Source of the DNA: Carcharhinus amblyrhynchos
Lineage: Eukaryota
DNA: 64,000 nucleotides
Assembly (NCBI GenBank): GCA_965287045.1
Contig: OZ336885.1
Coordinates: forward strand, 65,162,001 to 65,226,000
Reading direction: 5' to 3'
The translations under genes were made by a program, and so were the position numbers. The notes under the pieces were generated by a model. That model ran no database searches, was not told the origin of the DNA, and saw nothing but the letters and a program-made list of their open reading frames with translations. Shown one piece after another: positions 49,852-63,264 of the stretch (its first letter is position 1; each line of letters begins with the position of its first letter).

Positions 49852-51009
49852 CTGGGGAATAAAGCAGTGCAATGAAATTTGCAAAAGTTCTCCATTCGAA
49901 TATGAGCAACAGGCAATTTTTAACTGATTCAAACAATCAAACTGAAATTCAAATCAGCACATTGGAGGAAGATCGACCTTAGGTATGATTCAACTTCAAA
50001 TGCTGTATCACGCAATTATAATCTGTTCATCGGTTAAGAATTGCATGGCATTTAAAACTCATTCACCAAAGAAGTGTACGTGTCAACAAATCTAAGACCA
50101 TATATGTAAAATTCGGGATGTTAACGCATTTTTGTCACCTGCATCATTAGCAAGCCAATTCAAAGATCTGTGGAACAGTTGTCCTCTAATTCCAGTTTCT
50201 CGTCCCTCAAAATTAATATTTTGAACAGAAGAATGGATAATTCAACAGCGTATATATTACCCCGTCACACACATGCAAAAGTTATTTCTGTAGAAGAAAA
50301 ATGGAAGTTCGAATTCGTCTATGGGCCAGTAGGACCCACGGGGATTATGTATTGCATGTCAGTGTAGTAAAGTAAATTAATACGGAAATTGAGGATGCAG
50401 ATCTGACATATGTGAGAATGCTTAAATTCATGCAAAATCCCTGAGATTTTCAACCTGCAAACGTTAAATCCTCAATCTGAAAAGGATGGGGAAATAAAGC
50501 AACTTGATCCACACCAATTACTTCAACACCAAACATTAGACAAATACTAGATGTTTAAAAAAGTGAGACATCAGAACATTAAAAAAAAGCAACACAATCA
50601 AGTAAATCAACCTGGTCTCAAGACCAATAGGTAATGCGTGACAATTTTATTGGGATTTTATGATGTGATAAAGAGCAGGATAGACAAAAGGGAACGCACA
50701 GATTTGATATACGTTCATTTGAAAAATAGGTTGCTTGCAAAGGTACAGTACAGAATGAAACATAATTACACGCGAGCCCTTGGCATTGTGGACGTTTATT
50801 AGCATGTTGAGCGTTTTACTTGAATTGTAGCAGACAGAGAATTGGGTTCAGAGAGCCGAATCCATCCTGACAATAGGGTTGTAAATTGTTTGCACAATGG
50901 GATGCACCGTTGTCAAGCTTAAGAATGACATAGCATTGGTTCAGAACGAAAATGGCGATTATACTACGAAAAACTAGAAAGGGATTAAACATGTTTTGAA
51001 AGGGTAAGC

Positions 51010-52110
51010 TATACGAACATAAGCTGGGAGAAGGTATAGTGCGCCTGACCCCTCGAACCTGTTCCACCATTCAATAAGATCATGGCTGATCATTTTGTGG
51101 ACTCAGCTCGACTTACGCACCCGCTCGCCATAACCTTTAATTTATTTACTGTTCAAAAATTTATCAATCCTTGTCTTAAATACATTCAATGAGGTAACCT
51201 CAATTGCTTCACTGGGCAGGGAATTCAACAGATTCACAACCATTTTGTGTGAAGACGTTCCTCCTCAGCTCAGTCTTAAATCGGATGCTCCTTATGTTGA
51301 GGTTATGCCCCCAAGTTCGAGTTTCACCCACCAGTGGAATCAAATTCCCTGTTTCTATTGTACCCACTCCCCTCTATAACATCTCCCCTCATTCCTCTGA
51401 AGTCCAATGAGTATAACCCCACTTGACTCAGTCTGTCCTCATGAACCAACCCTCTCAACTCCGGAATCAACCTGATGAAGCTCCTCTGCAAACCATCAGT
51501 GGCAGTATATCTTTTCTCCAGTATGAAGACCAAAACTGTACACAGCACTCCAAGTGTGGTCTCACCAGCGACTTACACAGCTGCAAAATAACCTCGTTGT
51601 TTTTAAACGCCATTCCTCTAGAAATGAAGAATTCAATGGAATTCTTCATTACCTGCTACACCTGCAAAGCAACTATTTGAGATTCTTGTACAAGGACAAA
51701 CAAGTCCCTCTTCACAACAGCATGCTGCAGTGCTTTACCATTTAAATGATAGTCCATTTTGCTGTTATTCTTAGCAAAATGAATGACCTCACATTTAACA
51801 ACATTGTACTCCATCTGTCAGACACTCGCCACTCACTTAGGCTACCTATATCCCTTTGCAGACTTTCAGCGTCCTCTGCACATGTTGCTCTGTCACTCAC
51901 CTTAGTGACAGTCGCGAATTTTGACATACTACTCTTGATTCCCAACTCAAAATCACCTATGTAAGTCGTAAACAATTGCGGTCCCAACAATTATCCCTGA
52001 GGCACACCGTTAGCCTCTGATCGCCAATCACAAAAATAAACACCATTTATCACACTCTTTGATTTTGGTTAGTTAATCAATCCTCTGTGCATTCTAATGC
52101 ATTATACGTG
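51010..52110 (-). mobile_element. Degraded CR1 LINE 3' portion
   Basis: ORFs LGPQLFTTYIGD..SKFATVTKV, LCKSLVRPHLECCVQFWS and GLYSLDFRGMRGD. Confidence 0.9.
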
Positions 52111-52224
52111 ACATTGGAAGCAGGAAATAATCAAAAAGAAACGAAAACACACACTTATAGCGGAAAGAATGAATAAAGTCAATATCATTTAATGAAGTGA
52201 GCTGACAGCAGGTTTTGGCAGAGA

Positions 52225-53400
52225 GAATCATCAGTAGTTACCGACCGGTGAGTCTAACCTCAGTGGTTGTTATGTTGATGGAGAGGATCCTGACGAACAC
52301 GATTTATGAACATTTAGAGAAGTTTAGTGTGCTCAAAAGTAGTCAACACGGATTTGTCAAGGGTTGGTCGTGCCTTACCAGCCTGGTTGAGTTCTGTGAA
52401 AATGTGGCTAAACACATTGACGAATGAAGAGCGGTACATGTGTTGTATATAGACTTCAGCAAGGCGTTCGATAACGTCCCCCATGCAAGACTTTTTGAGA
52501 AAGTGAGAGGGCATGGGATCCATGGGGCTGCCGCCTTTTGAATCCAGAACTGGCTTGTCCACAGAAGGCAGAAAGAGGTTGTTGTTGGGTCTTTTTCTGC
52601 GTGGAGGTCGGTCACCAGTGAAGTGCCCAGGAATCTGTTCTGGGACCCTTGCTGTTTGTAATGTTCATAAATGACCTGGATGAGGAAGTGGAGGAATGGG
52701 TTGGTAATTTTGTCTACGACACGAAGGATGGTGGTGTTGTGGATAGTCTGGAGGGATGTCAGAAGTTGCAGCGTGCCATAGATAAGATGCAAGGCTGGGC
52801 GGAGAAGTGGCAGATGGGCTTCAACACGGATAAATGTGTAGTGGTCCATTTTGGCACGTCAAGTGGGCTGAAGGGGTATATTATCAAGGGTAAGACTCTC
52901 AGCAGTGTAGTGGATCAGAAGGGCCTTGGGGTCAGGGTCCATACGACTCTTAAATCGGTCCCTCAGGTAGAGGATGTGGTCAATACGGCATTTGGTGTAC
53001 CGCCCTTCATCAATCTAGGGGTTGAGTTTATAAGTCGGGAGATAATGTTGCAACTTTATAAGACCCTAGTCAGACCGTACTGGAAGTATTGTGCGCATTT
53101 CCGGTCGCTTCATTACAAGACAAATGTGGAAGCTATTGAAAGGGTGCAGAGGATATTTACAAGGATGTTGCCTGGATTGAGTGGCATGCCTTATGAGGAT
53201 AGGTTGAGGGAACTCATTCTTTTCTCTTAAGAGAGACGAAGGATGAGAGGTGACCTGATAGAGGTTTATAAGGCGTTGAGATTTATAGATCGGGTGGATT
53301 CCCAGAGGCTATTTCCCAGGGCTGAAATGGTCGCTATGAGAGGACACATTTTAAGGTGCTGGGGAGTAGGTACAGAGATGTCAGGGGTTGGTTCGGACAG
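52225..53400 (+). mobile_element. CR1 LINE RT region, degraded
   Basis: YRPVSLTSVV...QHGFVKGWSCLT; LFVMFINDLDE...YKTLVRPYWKYCAHF; MRGDLIEVYK. Confidence 0.92.
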
Positions 53401-54810
53401 TAGAAAATGGTATGCCTTTGTTTAAGTAAGGCTGCAAGGAAAATCCTGGGAACTATAGGCTGCTGAGCCTCACAGCTGTAGTGGCAAGTTGTTGGAAGGT
53501 ATTCTGAGGTACAGAATCTTCAGGCATTTAGAGAGGCATGGAATAATTACGGAAATCAGCAATGCTTTGTGAGCGGAAAATCATGTCTCATAAACTCGTT
53601 TCAGGTTTTGCTGGGGGAACCAGGAAGGTCAAAGAGGGCAGTGCAGTTGATTTTGTCTACATGGTCTTTAGCAAGGCCTTTAACTAGAAACCGCATGGCA
53701 GGTTGTTGCTTATGTTTAAATCTCATGGGATCCAGCGTGCAGTAGCTAAACGGATACATCACTGGCTTGATGACAGAAGATAGAGGGTGGTGGTGGAAAG
53801 GTTTGACCAGCCGTGTGCCTTAGGGATTGGCGTTGGATTGAATGCTATTTGTCATCTGTATTAGTGATTTGGATGACATATAGCAGGAATGACTCATAAG
53901 TTTGCAGATGACATAGGATTAGTGGCATAGTGGAAAATGAAGAAGGATATCGCGGGCAGCAATGGAGTACTGACCAAAGGGGTCAGTGGGTTGACGAGTG
54001 GCAGATGCGTTTAATAAAAAAAAAGTGCTGCGATGCGTTTTGGAAAATCGAACCAAGGGGGGCAGGACTTATTCAGTTCATGGTAGGGCGTTGGGGAGAG
54101 TGACAGAACAAATTGTTTTACAGGCACATGATAATAACTCCTTGAATGTGGAGTCACACGTGGACAGAGAGGCGAAAAAAGAAACATTTGGCGTGCTTTC
54201 ATTTGTCAGAGCATTAAAAAGTCTGACAGCACCAGGTTTTAGTCCAACCTATTTATTTGATAATATACTACTCACAAGCTTAAATAAATAGGTTGGACTA
54301 AAACCTGGTGTTGTCAGACTTTTTACTGTGTTTACGCCAGTCCAACGCCGGCATACCCACATCAGAGTATTAAATACAGGAGATGGGACGCCTATTGAAA
54401 TTGTACAAGACATTGGTGAGGCTCCACTTGGAATACTGTTTACAGGCCTGGTAACCCTGTTCAAGCAAGTATATTATTAAACTGGAAAGACTGGATAAAA
54501 GACTTATTTGGACGCTTCCAAGACTGATGGTTTGAGCAATAAAGAGAGGAGTAATAGACTGAGACGTTTTTCTCTGGAGCGTTGAAGGGTGAGAAGTGAA
54601 CTTGCAGAGGTTTACAAAATAATGAGGAGCTTGGATCAGCTAGACAGTCGTTTTTTTTCCAAAATGTAGGGGGATCTTAAACTAGAAGGCATCATGGTTA
54701 TGGATGAATATTTGCCAAGCGTGGGCATTTGTGACTTGCCTAGTCGTTAAAAAGAGGGGCATGGATAACATGGTCCAGAGGGCATGTTTCCAAGCTGTAA
54801 ACCTCTATGA
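53400..54810 (+). mobile_element. Second tandem CR1 fragment (RT to tail), more degraded
   Basis: gtctacatggtctttagcaaggccttt (VYMxFSKAF), aagtttgcagatgac, tail gctgtaaacctctatga. Confidence 0.85.
54215..54363. mobile_element. Miniature Penelope-derived hairpin inserted in CR1
   Basis: aaaagtctgacagcaccaggttttagtccaacctatttattt pairs with aaataaataggttggactaaaacctggtgttgtcagactttt (near-perfect). Flanks tcagagcatta / tcagagtatta. Confidence 0.85.
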
Positions 54811-54964
54811 AACAATGCAGTCCCAACGATTTCGTCACATAGGTTAGCAATTCTGGTGTGTTTGTCACAGAATCGACAATTTGTGATGAGTTAAAGAAAA
54901 CATGCTTGTCTTCAATGGCTGAAACGAATAACGTTCCAAATATTGCTCATGTTATTATCACTAA

Positions 54965-55250
54965 GAGGCGACACGGTGGCACATTTGGTAGCACTGCTGC
55001 CTCACAGCGCCATGGACCCGGGTTCGATCCCAGACTTGGGTCACACTCTGTGAAGGAATTGTACCTGCTCGCCGTGTCTGCTTGCGTTTCCTCTGGATGG
55101 TCTGGCACTGTGACGCCCCAACGATGTGCAGGTTAGTTGCATTGGCCATGCCAGATTTTCCTTCCCTGAACAGGCACCACTCTGCGACATTTAGTGGTTG
55201 TTCATTGCAGTGTGATTACAAGCATTTTCTGACACTAATACATAAACGTT
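54965..55250 (+). mobile_element. tRNA-derived SINE (HE1-like head, variant 3' end)
   Basis: ggcgacacggtggcaca...gcactgctgcctcacagcgccatggacccgggttcgatccc (A and B boxes). Confidence 0.8.
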
Positions 55251-57381
55251 AAAGAAAGTCAAGTAAGTTGACACGGTTTATGCACTAGCTTTGTTGGAAT
55301 AGCAAAATATGTATGTACTTCCATATCTCTGATAACGTATAAAAAGTTATCCAATACTCAGAGTCAGTTATTAAGCAGCCTCAAAGATCGTTTGCGATGA
55401 CAGAATGACCAAATTCTGGCAAATTATTAACAGGTGCAGGAAAAGAAAATACATGTCGCCGCCTTAAAGGAAGAGACATTGTCCTGCCAGAAACTTAGGA
55501 TTTAGTTGTTCCTACGCGTTCTCCGTGAAATGCAAAAAAACCCGAAATTCGGAAGAGTACTGTTCTGTCAATAACATGATGCGGATATTCATTAAAATAC
55601 TCATGTGAAGAGAAAATACGCAGTCATGAAGATGAGACTTACCTCAACGCGTTTTTCCCGAAAGGCTATACAATGTTTGCTGACAGTTGTTCGGAATTTT
55701 ACACCATGCTCAACTCGACCGTCAGCATTTTCTCTACTCTGCTGCTGGCCCGAATTTCCCTAAATGGTTGATGCAATGAACGGACTTGCTCCTTTAAAAC
55801 GATTTATCGAATGTATTTACTCTTAATGCGAAGAAATACTGAGGTAATCTAAATGACAAAAAAAAGAGCAAATGAACAACAACAAAGGATTGCTCAAATA
55901 TTTTGCATCCCTCTCCAGGCAAATTAACTCAGCAATCGGTCCAATGAATTATTATCTGTCCGAAATGGTTGGAAATCGATTTTCCGATTTGTGGGAGAAG
56001 TACAGTTTCAGATTCTGGAAGAAACTGGTGATGAAGAATGAGAAGCATTAGTAAAGTGGTTTCAAGCATATTATAAAGCCTTATGGTAGCGTCGACCTTC
56101 CTCGACCGATCAACAGTTGTCAGGTGAAACGCCTCTCAAAGACAGCAATCAGAGTGGAATAGAGCCTTCGCTGAAACACCACCCTGAGGCTCATGCTCAT
56201 GCCTTCTGTGGAAAAGCAGCAACTACGTTGAGTGTATATTTAATGATGTATGACAAGGATAAATGGCAAATAATTTCCCACAGTCGTCCAGAGGGGTTGA
56301 AGGTGATGCCGCCTTTTCGCCATAACTATCAGAAAGCTCAGTGAGAGTTTCCCACACAACGGAACAGCATTTTCTGAATACAATGGACAGCTTACAACGC
56401 AAACATGAAGGCTAACCAAGCCCAAGCTGACTGGAGCCAAACTGAGCCTCCAGGGTGCAGTGGAAAGTGGAAAATAGTGGAATTTTGGGATATTTTGCAA
56501 AATTCCAAGTCTTGCAGCAAACATAATGGATCGCATTTTTACGACTGTTTGTCAAAGTGTCGAGCGGTCTTTCAACTGGGAGAGCTTCAAATCGTTTTGT
56601 TTGCACGTTTTTAGCAACCCCTCCCCGACGCATAACAAACCCCCCCCCACCACCCCTCCCCCACCACCACCAACACCACCACCCATCCGCCCTCCCCACC
56701 ATCCACAATCCCGTCATAGACAATCTGTCTGCAACAATTTGTGCGAGACCGTTTCACGAGTGAGACGCATGTGAGTGGACCATAGCTCGCCACAATGCCT
56801 GCAGCTCCGTTCGGAGCCTTCAGCTGCGTGAACGCAGAGTGAGAGAAAAAAACAGACGAGGTAGCTCCCGTGCCAGCTGGCTCCCTTGCCAGGTAAGGCC
56901 TCCCCAAACCCAATTTGGACCGCGCCCAACATCAGCAACCGCCTTATCGACCTACTCTATTCCCCCCAACACAGCCCCTGAACACTGCCCGGTTACCCAG
57001 GCTGATCATGTCGCTTCACCGCTGATCGCAGTCAGAGTGACAGCGCCCCTCACAGTTTGCAGAGTGGCAGCGTATCGCCTCCCCACGCCGATCGCAGGCA
57101 GAAAACCTGCAATCTCCCCCGTCACACCACGGACACAGTAGCACATAGTCACCTTTCCCCTGGCTCCGATGCCTGTCTGAAATCTCCCTTTCTCTCCCCT
57201 ACCAGCATTTAATCTAGAGGTGCACGTCCCCCATGCCACCAGTAGCACACCTGCGTGTTCTTACTTCCGTTCCAAGGGAGAAAGCAAACTGCGGTGGACT
57301 TGCTGGTGTTCTCTTCAAACCTGCCTGTTACTGATCTGCCCTTGCAAGCGGCAGCCCTACACACACAGCAAAGAAAAAAAC

Positions 57382-57990
57382 ATGACTGATGGGCAAGCAG
57401 GCAGTGCAGCAAAAAACAAAAGTCCGCTGAAGACGGGACCCCAGATTTTCGGAAGCAGAATGAACACTCTGTGGAGGGAAGGCGGGACACCCTCAATCCC
57501 ACAGCAAGACTCAGGGGATCTGATGACAAAGCTGCTTGGCACGATAAAGCCACCTAGGTTAATGCCATGGCATTGGCCCACAGAACAGCGACGCAGAACG
57601 ATACGCAGGTCAGTATCATCATCAACGCAACATGGTTGAGTGTTGAACTCCATCTGGCATCTTCCCCCAAATCAACCCGAGATTTTCCACCCAGCACCTG
57701 ACATGCTTCCAGCCCCTGATTACCAAACACTTCCTTCCTATTCCCAAGGATATTCCAAATGTTGTCCTCTTACAGCCACATCCTAATATATAGGAGTCAG
57801 GCAATCATTTTTTTTCATGGCTCCCTCTGTTTCCACGGGAGAAGAATGGCCATAACTGTCGAAAAGTGCAAATGCAGAGTTAGGTGAGCCTGACATCTGA
57901 GTCCTCACCCCCTTGATGAGGACGCTGGAGCCGTCGGGAGAGGAGTTGATCAGGGCCACGAGCGACTACGTAGTCGAGCTGAACAAGACA
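57382..57990 (+). pseudogene. Harbinger Myb/SANT-like DNA-binding protein remnant (two apparent exons)
   Basis: RRDPRFSEAE...VEGRRDTLNP...AAWHDKAT*VNAMALAHRTATQ, then EKNGHNCRK...EPDI*VLTPLDE after an intron-like gap. Fits the Harbinger MSANTD-type pattern. Confidence 0.7.
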
Positions 57991-58019
57991 AGAGAGCATC
58001 TGTCAATCCACTACTCAAT

Positions 58020-58300
58020 TTAGTCAAATACAAGGGTGCATAGGTTTAAGTTGCATTCGGCAAGGTTTGAAGAAGATGCCAGTGGCAACTTTTGTTTTCA
58101 CACAGAGGCTTGGCTGCACGTGGAACTCCCTGCCACGTTAGATCATGGAATGAGACAAGACAGCGACATTGAAGGGCATCTTGACAAACAATTAATGCGA
58201 TGGGAATAGCGGCATATGGTGCCCAGAAGTGTAGATGTTCTAATTCAGATGGACACCATGATTGTGCAGACTTGAACGGCAGAAGGGACTGTACAAATGA
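58020..58300 (+). mobile_element. CR1 3' fragment nested in the Harbinger element
   Basis: agggtgcataggtttaag...ttttcacacagagg...tggaactccctgcc (GHRFK...FTQR..WNSLP). Confidence 0.7.
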
Positions 58301-59799
58301 TGTCATTGTCTTTGTTTTCTTGTTGGACATTCAACAAAGGTATGTGAAACACGTTTCCATCTTCCTCTCTTTAGTTTGTAAATAACACTGCGCCTTGTGG
58401 AGCAGAATGAAATCCAAACACCCTGGAGCCATTTGGCAATGGGACCGCACTGCTCTCTCTGCCCCACACGTTTCAAATCTCCTCGGGGGAAGACGATAAA
58501 GGGGTTTCCAAGGATTGCATCTTTTGCTCTGCCACCTCACAATGCACCACCCCAGATGCACTCACTTCCGCGGGTACAGATAGTGGTGAGGCAAATGTTT
58601 GAATCCAGTTGCTCCGATGAACACAATAAATCTGTGTATGTCGGGCAGAGCAGTAAGTGTCCAAGGCTTCTGGCATGTGGCGGCCTTCCATATGCAAAGA
58701 CAACTTTGGCAACATCCAACATGCTGGCCCTCTGTAATCACATTTACCCCTGCAGCTGGAGATGCAGAAACACAGTCATAGAATGCAGGAGAGGCTGACA
58801 GTCACAGTCGACCAATATTCTGGCTATTGGAAGGAGTTCCACATATTTCTGGCAGATCAGATATTGCGTGGTTCACAGGTCAACACTGCAAGGGTTGTGA
58901 CGAATGTGGAAAGCCTGGGGCATGAAATTCTAATCATGAGTTGAAGGCTCCAATCGATTTGCGAGTCACAACAAGCCACAACAGAGTCCCAGAGAGCCAT
59001 GGCTGACAGACCACAGAGAGCAATGAAACTTTTCAACAAGCTTATTGAGGTTCGTTGGCATACGGTTGACATGCTCGAGAGCGTGAAAGAAATGCAACGG
59101 GACAGTTGTGAGAAAAATAATCGGCAACGTCATCAGCCCTTGAGAACATGACCCAGTCACAGAAGAGGGTTACAGCAGTGCGTGACCAAGTCTCGGAGGC
59201 CTCTTTCTGCAGCCAGCAACGGGAGGTGACTGACAAATGGCCATCATAAAGCGTTGAGCCATCATGGGTAGAACACAGGTGATCCTCCAGGACTGTCATG
59301 TCGAGATGACGCTGGAGGTTCTGCAACTCATTCTCGAAGTGCCAACGCCCCATCGAATGACCCAGGGATACACAGGATTTCCGAGGGAGGAGGAAGAGCT
59401 CAACACAATGCCAGGAACTTCGAGTTAAGGGACTATGACCGTGGCAATATATTCTGATTCCATCCTTATTAACATCGGGGCATCTCATGGGTAGTGGATG
59501 AAGAGTATGCCATGGATAATTCACAGACACCTGGAAGCAGGACACGGCCCGAATGGTCCAGGCCCTCCAGAGAATGCCCGCCAAGACGATCACAGCCGGG
59601 TGCCTTGTTAGGCAGCTGGACACCTTTTCCTCTGACGTACTTTCTTGGGAGACACTAAGACAAATCGATAGGGAACATCATTTTAATAAGTTGTCGTTGC
59701 ACTAAGATGGACGGGTGAAGGGAAACAATGGTTCGACAGATGTTTAATCATTTTAAAGATTTCTGTTCACATGGTTTCATGGGAGCAATTGTTGGACGG

Positions 59800-60820
59800 A
59801 CACTTCCCTAAACGTCTTTTCGCTGTTGAATCAGGGTGTGAAAGGTATAGCACAAGGACGATTCAAGACAAAATCAGGGATCATTGCGTAGGGCCACGGA
59901 GGTATTCCAAGCCCCTGAGCCACGTTTTGAGGAGCCGTCTGCATTTCTCCACGACTGTACAGATGGCAACGTGGGCCTCGTTACACAGGGTCTCCACTTC
60001 AGTCTCAGGCATCCGGATAGGCTTTATCAGCCAAGTACAACGCAAAACCCCATGTCACCCACGGTCCAACACTGTAAACTTGACTCAATTTATTAAGACA
60101 TCCAATATATCTGAGCTCCTCAATAAAAATCTCTCATGCTCAGTGGTGGGATGTCTTTCACAGACATGAGTGATGCTTAATTTATGGTCACAAACCAATT
60201 GCATAATTACGGTATGGAACACGAACCATGAATGGATTGCTGTGAACTCTGAAGCGGGGTCGTGAGTGCAGTCGTTCGAGCCCCTGCAGATGAGGCACCC
60301 CTGCAATGGCCGTGAATCCTGCAGCCCAGACTTCTTGTTGGGCCTAATCCAGGTCAAAATTAAGATATTGGCTTGCACAGGCATACAGGGATTTAGGAAC
60401 AAAATTGTGGATCGCTGTGAAATGCCACATACAACTTAACTTGGAATCCAGAATGACCCCAATGCATACACATGAAGGCGGTTGTCAATTTCACAGCCAT
60501 CGAGAGTGTGTTTAACTCTCCCACTCCACACCGAGGCGCAGGTCCAATAAAAAGTAGCACAGGTGTTGCAGTGTCTCCTCTCAGATCCGGAGCCGTCGGT
60601 ATCGCCCGGTTTCCGGCATCTGTTCAAACACAATCCTGAGCCAAACAGCCGGGGTCTCCACTCTCTTCCTCCCCTGCACTCCACAACCCGGACATGGCCA
60701 CTCCCTGCCTCTGTTGGCTGTTTCTCTCTACACTTGCAAGTGTTAATGCCTGAGCCTTCTTTGCCACATGTTCCCTTCTCCGCTACACCCTCCAGGCAAC
60801 AGAAATTCTCATTCCCCACT
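59800..60820 (-). pseudogene. Harbinger (HARBI1-like DDE) transposase remnant
   Basis: FEQMPETGRYRRLRI*EETLQHLC; YALGSF; GSNDCTHDP (cf. GAIDCTH); FHTVIMQLVCDH..ITHVCERHP..EHERFLLRSS; WLIKPIRMPETEVETLCNEAH...VVEKCRRLLK. Confidence 0.85.
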
Positions 60821-63264
60821 GAATCGCCGGATCACAAGACCCCCTCCCCCTCAAACAGCCCATATCTGAACCATACAGCTTCCTACCAACACAGACTCCA
60901 TCACACTCACAGCCCCTTAATCCTCAGCCCACAGCCCTCCACCACACTGTTCCCCCCCAAACCCCCCCCCCCCCCCAGTCTCGCCACCGACTCCCAGCAA
61001 CAATACCAGCCCAGCCTCCATTGCAGCTCCCATCAACAGAACTCACACACTCCCACAGCCGTTCCGAAAGGCAGCGCCTGATTAAATCAACATTCCCTGC
61101 GCCAACACAGACCCCCCTCCACCCCGATACTTTCAAGAGTAACGTACATCCAGAACTCAGGCAGTAGTGAGCAAAGACGCTGTTAATTGAAATTTCCTAA
61201 GGTTACAACACTGTCAGGCGAAAAAAATATTTCAGCAAATCCTTTACTCCCGCACGCACGCACTTGAACCCAGCAGCATCCCAAATCCAAGGTTAGCTGT
61301 CAGGCCCGGGTCCATGCGCAAATTCCGAGAACGAACACCAAGGTCAGCAACGAATCTCGCTACCAACGCACTCACAGATCTTACCGGCAAGCATCATGGC
61401 CTCTACGTAATGACATCCTGTGAGGAGGAGGGGACCGTCATATGCTGGACACTTGCCCCCTCACTAACAATCAACAATGGAGCGCCAGAATCCGCCAAAA
61501 TTGGAGTTGTTTTGCAATCAGATATCTGTTGGTCGAACATGGTGGGAATAGACAGACACGAATAAATTGGCGCTTGCAGCTTACTAATTGCATGTATGCA
61601 AGCTTTTTTATTTAGTTGCCTCGGACCCGTTTTGGGCAAGCTTCCGATCTTACATTTTTCCCCCCTTGGTATAGTCGGGCAGGACTGAAAACGGGCGCGC
61701 ATCACTTGAATCGCATCACGCTTTCATTTTGCCGAACTCGGGTGCAACGTGACGGTAAAAATCACCCTTCAAAAGGAGGTGTCTATCGAGACCGATCCGG
61801 ATTGGACGAACACATTAGTAAAGGCAGGTGTGCTGCGAAGTTGTAATTTGCGGCTCGCTCACTGCATTAAGATGCATGGAAAAAAAATGTAAATTGAAGC
61901 TATGCCCTTTTTTCAGCGTTTTCCGATCGCGCTGATGTATTTCCCGGAGTAAAATGGGAAATGACCTGCAATAGGCACAAATGCGCTAATGACTCGGGCC
62001 GTTATTACTGTATTTTATATCCGAATAGGCGCAACGTGACGGTAAAAATCGTCCCAATGTTAGGGCTATGGGCCATGCTGGCGTTGTAACCAGCATTAAG
62101 ATAGAAAAAAAAACATAATCTTGTGATTAACAATGGCTTGGTGACGGGCTGAATCACTTAGCCTGCCGTCGGGCTTAAACTTTTTCTTTGCTGCTCAGCA
62201 TCATTAAATGTTTCCCCACAACTTATTCCTGTCCACAGGAAAAGGTGCCTCCGAGAAAAGCAACCCTATCTTCCGGCAAGCGCTGGTACAGAATCATGGA
62301 GAGAGTCAAAGCTTTTGTCATTATGGAGGCAGGCATGGGGTAAAGGTTGGGACAGTTGGCCGGGTGGCGGGGAGCGGGGGGGGCGGGGGGGGTGGCTGGA
62401 GGCTGGGAGGGGGGAGTTCGGAGGCTTGGGAGGTGCTGGTGGCCGAGATGAGGCACTCGAAGCAGGATAATAAACACAGCATGGAATATATGGAAAGCCA
62501 GTAAGCAGCACTAATCGTCTGGCAAGTTCTGTGCACAGGTGATCCATCAGCCCCACTTGTTGTGAAACGAGAGAGAGAAAAAAAAATACAGCAGCCTCTG
62601 GAGGAAAATCTGTCACTCGTTGGAGAGATAGAAGACTGATCGTATCTGAGGTGATTTGGAAGTCTAACATAATATTACCTGAGTTTTTAAACAGACGATT
62701 GACCAACTGACCTTCTAATGTACTTCCCCGGGGACAGTTAATTGGGACTGAAAAATTGGGGTGTTAGAGGGTAAAACCACTTCATGCATATTTTATGTAC
62801 CTTAAATATATGATCCCTCTTTTCCATGCACCCGTGAAACACTGATCGGTAGGAAACCAAAAATGCAATCTCATCAAAACTGAATGTCTCCAACTGTTTT
62901 TTTCTCTCAGTGAAATCAGCCATAGTCGCTGACACCCAGGTATTGTTTTGGCTTTCAAAGTGATCTTGCTGATTATGGTCATTAAAACACAATCCCGGAA
63001 TTCCACTATTCTCCATTTCCTTTGACACGAGACAGTTATTTCACTCATTGACATCAGATCGGTGTCACTCATTGCTGAGCCGGCTCTGTTAGCTTTTGAG
63101 CAGTGCCAGTTCCCTATTTTTTTTTACCCACGCCATTACATGTAATGAAGTATCTTCGAACGTCTGTCATCCAAATCGATTTTAAAAAGGCATTGGTGGC
63201 CTGGAATGGACGTAAACGCTAGCCCTCCAATCAACTGACTTGATTTATCCCGAAGCATTGTCAA

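Larger units (their letters stand above)
56528..62055. mobile_element. Decayed PIF/Harbinger DNA transposon (~5.5 kb) with convergent Myb/SANT and transposase genes
   Basis: Left end GGATCGCATTTTTAC versus right-end reverse complement GGGACGATTTTTAC. AAT directly outside both ends (56525-56527 and 62056-62058). Internal coding remnants are listed separately. Confidence 0.75.

Noticed and set aside
50261-50287. 27-nt minus-strand unit with a strong acceptor
   Set aside because: It has TGA in phase 1 and TAA in phase 0, so it is incompatible with the chain unless pseudogenised.
56526-62706. Pro/Gly-rich ORFs such as 60563-61081, 56526-56774 and 62208-62504
   Set aside because: They come from C/G homopolymer tracts or are antisense to the Harbinger transposase.
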